Assembly (NCBI GenBank): GCA_021833245.1
Contig: JAKBGA010000002.1
Span: forward strand, 1-58,642
Length of the DNA: 58,642 nt
Reading direction: 5' to 3'
From: a bacterium
GTDB taxonomy: Bacteria > Patescibacteriota > Minisyncoccia > Phycocordibacterales > Phycocordibacteraceae
Every line of letters starts with the position of its first letter. Position 1 is the first letter of the stretch. The position numbers and the translations under genes were made by a program. The notes beneath the pieces were generated by a model. It saw nothing but the letters and a program-made list of their open reading frames with translations, did no database searches and was not told the DNA's origin. Shown in pieces: positions 54,880 to 58,642 of the stretch.

Positions 54880-57800
54880 ATGGATGCTTTACTTAAAGGA
54901 AATTTAATACCGACAAAAGATGCTGCAGATATTTCTGGATATACTTCGGATTATCTCGCACGGCTCGCTCGCTCTGGAAAAATCATTGGTAAAAAAATTG
55001 GACACAGTTGGTTTATTGACGAAGAATCACTCGAACGTTTCTCTGGACAACAAAAAGATCGCAAGATTGATTACACGCGGTCTCTCGCACAAATACGTGG
55101 GGCAGAATATCGCGCGCACCGTTCTTCCATCAATCATCAGGTTCCCATAGTCTCGGTAAATAAATTTCCATACCAACGACTTGACGTCGCGAAAATTCCA
55201 CCCAGATCCAGTATCTTCGCACTCTCGATAGCGACATTAGTCCTTATTTTTGCCGCACTTATAGCACAATCCGTAATTATCCCACAACTGGCGGATGGGG
55301 CGGTATCGTTCGCGCATGGAATTTATTCCGGATTCAGTACGGTACTTGATGGTGTAGCACCCAGCGCATCGAAAATCGATACGGCGGATTTAGGGGTACG
55401 TGGACAGCCTACAAATATCACGATACGCAATCCATTATCATTTACGCCCACTACACCAACACCTTCTTTTTTCTCTGAAAGTACGCCGATCCCATTCCCG
55501 TCACTTGTTTACACGCCGGTCATTTCCACCGCATCCACATTTCTTTCTGACGAGAATTTACGTTCTTCTATTATGTTGTCTGCTGCCTACACCTTCCTCA
55601 CTAATCCGTCACTTGTCGTAAACGCACTTAAGCATACATTCGTTGCACTTGGTTCGGTAATCATTAATACGACGCATCTTGCAATACATGCTGACGTTAT
55701 GTTCGCATATGATCTTGCCGCCGCCGCCCCAGAAAGTGCACAAATTACCATCACGTTTGTTGGTGACATTGGGGATACGCTCATTGGGACTACTGTTCGC
55801 GTGCCCGCGCTTGTCGCTGCACTCTACTTAAACACGGTAAGTATGCCTGCCACTCTTGCACCGGGAATTGCGAGTGCAGTTTTTGATACAGAATATGCAG
55901 CTGCCACACGATTTGTCGCGTTTACAAACATCATTACCTCGCAGTACCTTGCGTTTATTTCTGGTACTGGCCATCTCGTATACAAAGGCGCGATAAACAC
56001 ATCCAGGCTCACGGACGCTACGCTGGTATCTTTATCTCACGCACCTTCAGTAGCCGAAAATGTGTACCTCGGAATTCTCGGTAAAAGTGCTTTTGCACTT
56101 AGTTCGTCCAGTGGAGAAAATACGGCTCGTATAAGCCCTACATCAGCGTTTGCCGCGGTACTCCCCATGCTTTCTGTAGGAGAGCAAGCCGCGCTTCTAA
56201 CTTATCAAGTTATTCATGGCCTTTTCGCCTCCGTGACCGAGAAATTAGCGTCTCTTCTTGGAACAACATCGAATGTTGCGGTCGTGTCAAATCCTTCACC
56301 AAGCACCCTGCCATTTTCCACTTCAACGATTCCAATTAATGTGCCGCAATCTACTGCCCATCTCAATCTACCCTCAACTCAAGCGCCAACCCTCATTTCG
56401 GCACCGAGCACGATAGTCACGAATTACCCAACGTATACAACCATAGTACACGGTGTTTCCGAAAACTTTATAAATGCTTCACTTGCAACACTCCGCGCTA
56501 GTATTCTCGCGACAGTAGCGGGTATGGTTCAGCCAGTTGCCGCACAGTCCGCAACGAACGTAACGACAATCCAGCAAGTGAACATGATTCAGGACCTTTC
56601 GAACCTTATCGTTCACAACGGAGATTTTCTTGGTGGAACATTCGACAGTGGTAATGTGACGAATGGCATTTCCGTTTCGGCAACAACGGGTAACTTTACT
56701 AAGCTTATAGCTGGTTCACTTTCAGTTTCTGGAACTGCAACGACGACGTTTTCTGGCCCGGTTGATACCTCAGGAAACTTCTTTGTTAACGGTGTTCCAC
56801 TTACGGTTTCCGGAGGGTCAGGTACCGTGAACTCAGGTATAGTGGGACAGTTTCCGTACTACTCTGCAAATGGAACTGCTCTTGCCGCTACATCATCACT
56901 CTTTATTTCTGCTCCGGGAAATATTGGCATTGGCACAACATCTCCCTATGCACTTCTTTCCATTGGAAATACTAGTGGCATTGGTTTTACCTTGGCGACT
57001 TCAACCTTTAATACTACCGGGGGTATAAATCTCGCTTCAGGCGGATGCTTTTCTATAAACGGTGTCTGTATTAGTAATGCGGGTAGTACAACATCTGCGG
57101 GTGGTACCACTGGTGACGTTCAATTCAACAATTCCGGCGCATTTGGTGTCAACGCTGGCTTTACTTTCGGTATCACTAATGGCCAACTTTCCATTCCATC
57201 GAATGGTTGGTATGCGATAGGCGGAAATCTTTTAGGTTATGCAAGTTCTACAAATCAGGACACGGTATTTGGACTGGGTGCTGGGGGAAGGAATGTGACA
57301 ACCAGTTCCTCTCTCGCGCAGAATACCGCTTTCGGCTATCATGCCCTCTCTTCAGATTTTTCGTCTTCCACTTCTGGCGATAATAATACTGCCTTCGGTG
57401 CAAATACTCTTTCTTCCAACATTTCTGGTTCTGATAACACCGCCAATGGGAATTACGCTCTTTACTCAAATACATATGGTTATTGGAACACGGCTACTGG
57501 CTATGACACTCTTTACGCCAATACAACTGGTACCGAAAACACTGCCACTGGTTATGGGGCACTCGCTTCAAGTACAACTGGTATATACAACACCGCCACA
57601 GGTTATGACACTCTTTACGCCAATACAACTGGCTATTATAACACCGCTAATGGTAGTATCGCCCTCAGTGCAAATACTACCGGTTACGACAACACCGCTA
57701 ATGGTGATGGCGCTCTCGGTTCTAACACTACTGGCTTTAATAACACCGCTAATGGTTTTACTGCTCTCGCTTCGAGTACTACTGGTGATTTCAATACCGC

Positions 57801-58642
57801 AAATGGTAGCGATGCCCTCTATTATGACACAACGGGCTCTGCCAATACCGCCAATGGTTACGGAGCTCTCCAAGATAATATCACTGGTTCAAACAATGCC
57901 GCGAACGGCGGGAATGCCCTCTACAATTCAACTGGTAACCACAATACAGCGGATGGCTATCAAAGCGGTTTTGATCTCGCTGCAGGTTCCTACAACATTG
58001 CCCTCGGCTCCAATGTAGACCTTCCTTCAAACACAGGCTCACAACAGCTTAATATCGGCAATCTCATCTACGGCACGGGCGTCTACAACGGAAGCACTCC
58101 GTCTTCAGTCCCGACCGGAGGGAGCGTTGGCGTCGGAACCACGTCTCCGTTTGCCACATTGTCTGTGGCTGGGGCAGCAGGCTCTGCTGCGGATCTCTTT
58201 GCTATTTCAACCTCATCTACGAATTCGGCAACATCAACCGTTCTCACGGTTAACAGCAATGGTGATTTATCACTCCTGAACGGTGCTGGCTTTGACGCGC
58301 AAAGAATCGATGTGGTGTTGTACGCGAGTCAGTTTGGAGGGGTAGACGCTGGTGCAAAAATTAACAACTGTCTCTCCGAGCTTCCAATAACCGGTGGCAC
58401 TTGTGATGCCCGCGGTCTCACTGGTGCACAGAGTGCTGCCGCGACAATTATTGTCCCCGCAAACGATACACTATTACTCGGTGGCGTTACTCTTACGCTC
58501 GATGGCAATCCGGGTATTGCATATAATAAAGACTCGGCAATACTCGGTCTTTCTCAAGATACGACAGCAATTGTCGACGAGGTCTCAAACACTAGCGTTT
58601 TCAGCCCACAAAATCCAAGCGTTACTAGCGAGTATGCGAAAA
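54880..58642 (+). CDS. Giant surface protein (>1,254 aa, 3' end beyond the window): HTH_17-like N-terminus, TM helix, repeat-rich ectodomain
   Basis: I translated the frame by eye from ATG 54880 to the window end without meeting a stop, and re-checked it at eight line starts. It is absent from the ORF track, presumably because it has no stop in the window. N-terminus IPTKDAADISGYTSDYLARLARSGKIIGKKIGHSWFIDEESL, TM SIFALSIATLVLIFAALIAQSVI, then NTAxG repeats. Confidence 0.8.
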   Translation, partial: MDALLKGNLIPTKDAADISGYTSDYLARLARSGKIIGKKIGHSWFIDEESLERFSGQQKDRKIDYTRSLAQIRGAEYRAHRSSINHQVPIVSVNKFPYQRLDVAKIPPRSSIFALSIATLVLIFAALIAQSVIIPQLADGAVSFAHGIYSGFSTVLDGVAPSASKIDTADLGVRGQPTNITIRNPLSFTPTTPTPSFFSESTPIPFPSLVYTPVISTASTFLSDENLRSSIMLSAAYTFLTNPSLVVNALKHTFVALGSVIINTTHLAIHADVMFAYDLAAAAPESAQITITFVGDIGDTLIGTTVRVPALVAALYLNTVSMPATLAPGIASAVFDTEYAAATRFVAFTNIITSQYLAFISGTGHLVYKGAINTSRLTDATLVSLSHAPSVAENVYLGILGKSAFALSSSSGENTARISPTSAFAAVLPMLSVGEQAALLTYQVIHGLFASVTEKLASLLGTTSNVAVVSNPSPSTLPFSTSTIPINVPQSTAHLNLPSTQAPTLISAPSTIVTNYPTYTTIVHGVSENFINASLATLRASILATVAGMVQPVAAQSATNVTTIQQVNMIQDLSNLIVHNGDFLGGTFDSGNVTNGISVSATTGNFTKLIAGSLSVSGTATTTFSGPVDTSGNFFVNGVPLTVSGGSGTVNSGIVGQFPYYSANGTALAATSSLFISAPGNIGIGTTSPYALLSIGNTSGIGFTLATSTFNTTGGINLASGGCFSINGVCISNAGSTTSAGGTTGDVQFNNSGAFGVNAGFTFGITNGQLSIPSNGWYAIGGNLLGYASSTNQDTVFGLGAGGRNVTTSSSLAQNTAFGYHALSSDFSSSTSGDNNTAFGANTLSSNISGSDNTANGNYALYSNTYGYWNTATGYDTLYANTTGTENTATGYGALASSTTGIYNTATGYDTLYANTTGYYNTANGSIALSANTTGYDNTANGDGALGSNTTGFNNTANGFTALASSTTGDFNTANGSDALYYDTTGSANTANGYGALQDNITGSNNAANGGNALYNSTGNHNTADGYQSGFDLAAGSYNIALGSNVDLPSNTGSQQLNIGNLIYGTGVYNGSTPSSVPTGGSVGVGTTSPFATLSVAGAAGSAADLFAISTSSTNSATSTVLTVNSNGDLSLLNGAGFDAQRIDVVLYASQFGGVDAGAKINNCLSELPITGGTCDARGLTGAQSAAATIIVPANDTLLLGGVTLTLDGNPGIAYNKDSAILGLSQDTTAIVDEVSNTSVFSPQNPSVTSEYAK
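57322..58011 (+). repeat. About 13 tandem 51-nt (17-aa) coding repeats, consensus NTA(N/T)GxxAL(x)3-4(N/T)TTGxx
   Basis: Example units: NTATGYDTLYANTTGTE / NTATGYGALASSTTGIY / NTATGYDTLYANTTGYY / NTANGSIALSANTTGYD / NTANGDGALGSNTTGFN. They resemble Hep_Hag/YadA-head or tail-fibre type repeats. Confidence 0.9.

Noticed and set aside
57322-58011. Regular ~51-nt repeats considered as a possible CRISPR array or satellite.
   Set aside because: There are no unique spacers between units and the units are degenerate at synonymous positions. The whole array is in-frame coding sequence of the giant protein.
57341-58018. A plus-strand 225-aa ORF and a minus-strand 101-aa ORF (57568-57873) in the repeat region.
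   Set aside because: These are alternative-frame artefacts of the 51-nt tandem repeats. The frame opened at 54880 is continuous through the whole region and gives a coherent repeat protein.
54880-58642. The giant NTAxG-repeat protein considered as evidence for a prophage (tail fibre).
   Set aside because: No integrase, terminase, capsid, tail-tube or lysis genes, and no att-like repeats, are visible in the flanking sequence. The protein also has a cytoplasmic HTH plus a TM anchor. A phage origin of the repeat domain itself cannot be excluded.

Overview
This 58.6-kb segment reads like a compact Candidate Phyla Radiation (Patescibacteria/Parcubacteria-type) chromosome. That lineage call is an inference from the gene content and the rRNA peculiarities. 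About 47 genes are tightly packed, and many overlap by 4 nt (ATGA). Few have a recognisable Shine-Dalgarno site.

Left end: the 3' half of a 23S rRNA gene is broken by three ORF-less group I-like insertions. By manual alignment they sit at E. coli-equivalent sites ~L1931, ~L2593 and inside the sarcin-ricin loop. They are followed by 5S rRNA, an aberrant tRNA-like gene and a terminator.

The 16S gene is unlinked. It lies 8 kb downstream and is followed by tRNA-Ile(GAU). Its 3' tail lacks the CCUCC anti-SD core, and a ~150-nt structured trailer is enclosed by the processing stem.

Recognisable housekeeping genes are a SEDS protein (FtsW/RodA), SecD, SecF, MurD, MurC, RsmI, MurB, SecA, Obg and GatB.

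The centre (18.9-47 kb) is a ~28-kb surface-glycan island:
- eight full GT4 genes plus one truncated copy
- a GtrB-like GT2, a GtrA protein and a GT-C-like membrane protein
- GT9, CgeB-like and GNT-I-like transferases
- five methyltransferases
- an AsnB-type amidotransferase, a CE4 deacetylase and a kinase-fold protein
- a Wzx flippase and a Wzy_C/O-antigen-ligase-TPR fusion

Other notable items:
- an orphan VirD4/TraD-like ATPase
- an unlisted 37-aa K/R/T pentapeptide-repeat protein with its own strong terminator
- a ~560-bp AT-rich gap with DnaA-box-like motifs, followed by two membrane-anchored excisionase-type HTH proteins. The second is a >1,250-aa surface protein with ~13 tandem 17-aa NTAxG repeats. 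It runs off the window and is absent from the supplied ORF track.

No CRISPR array, transposase or prophage was seen. All RNA ends and E. coli numbering come from by-eye alignment and are approximate.
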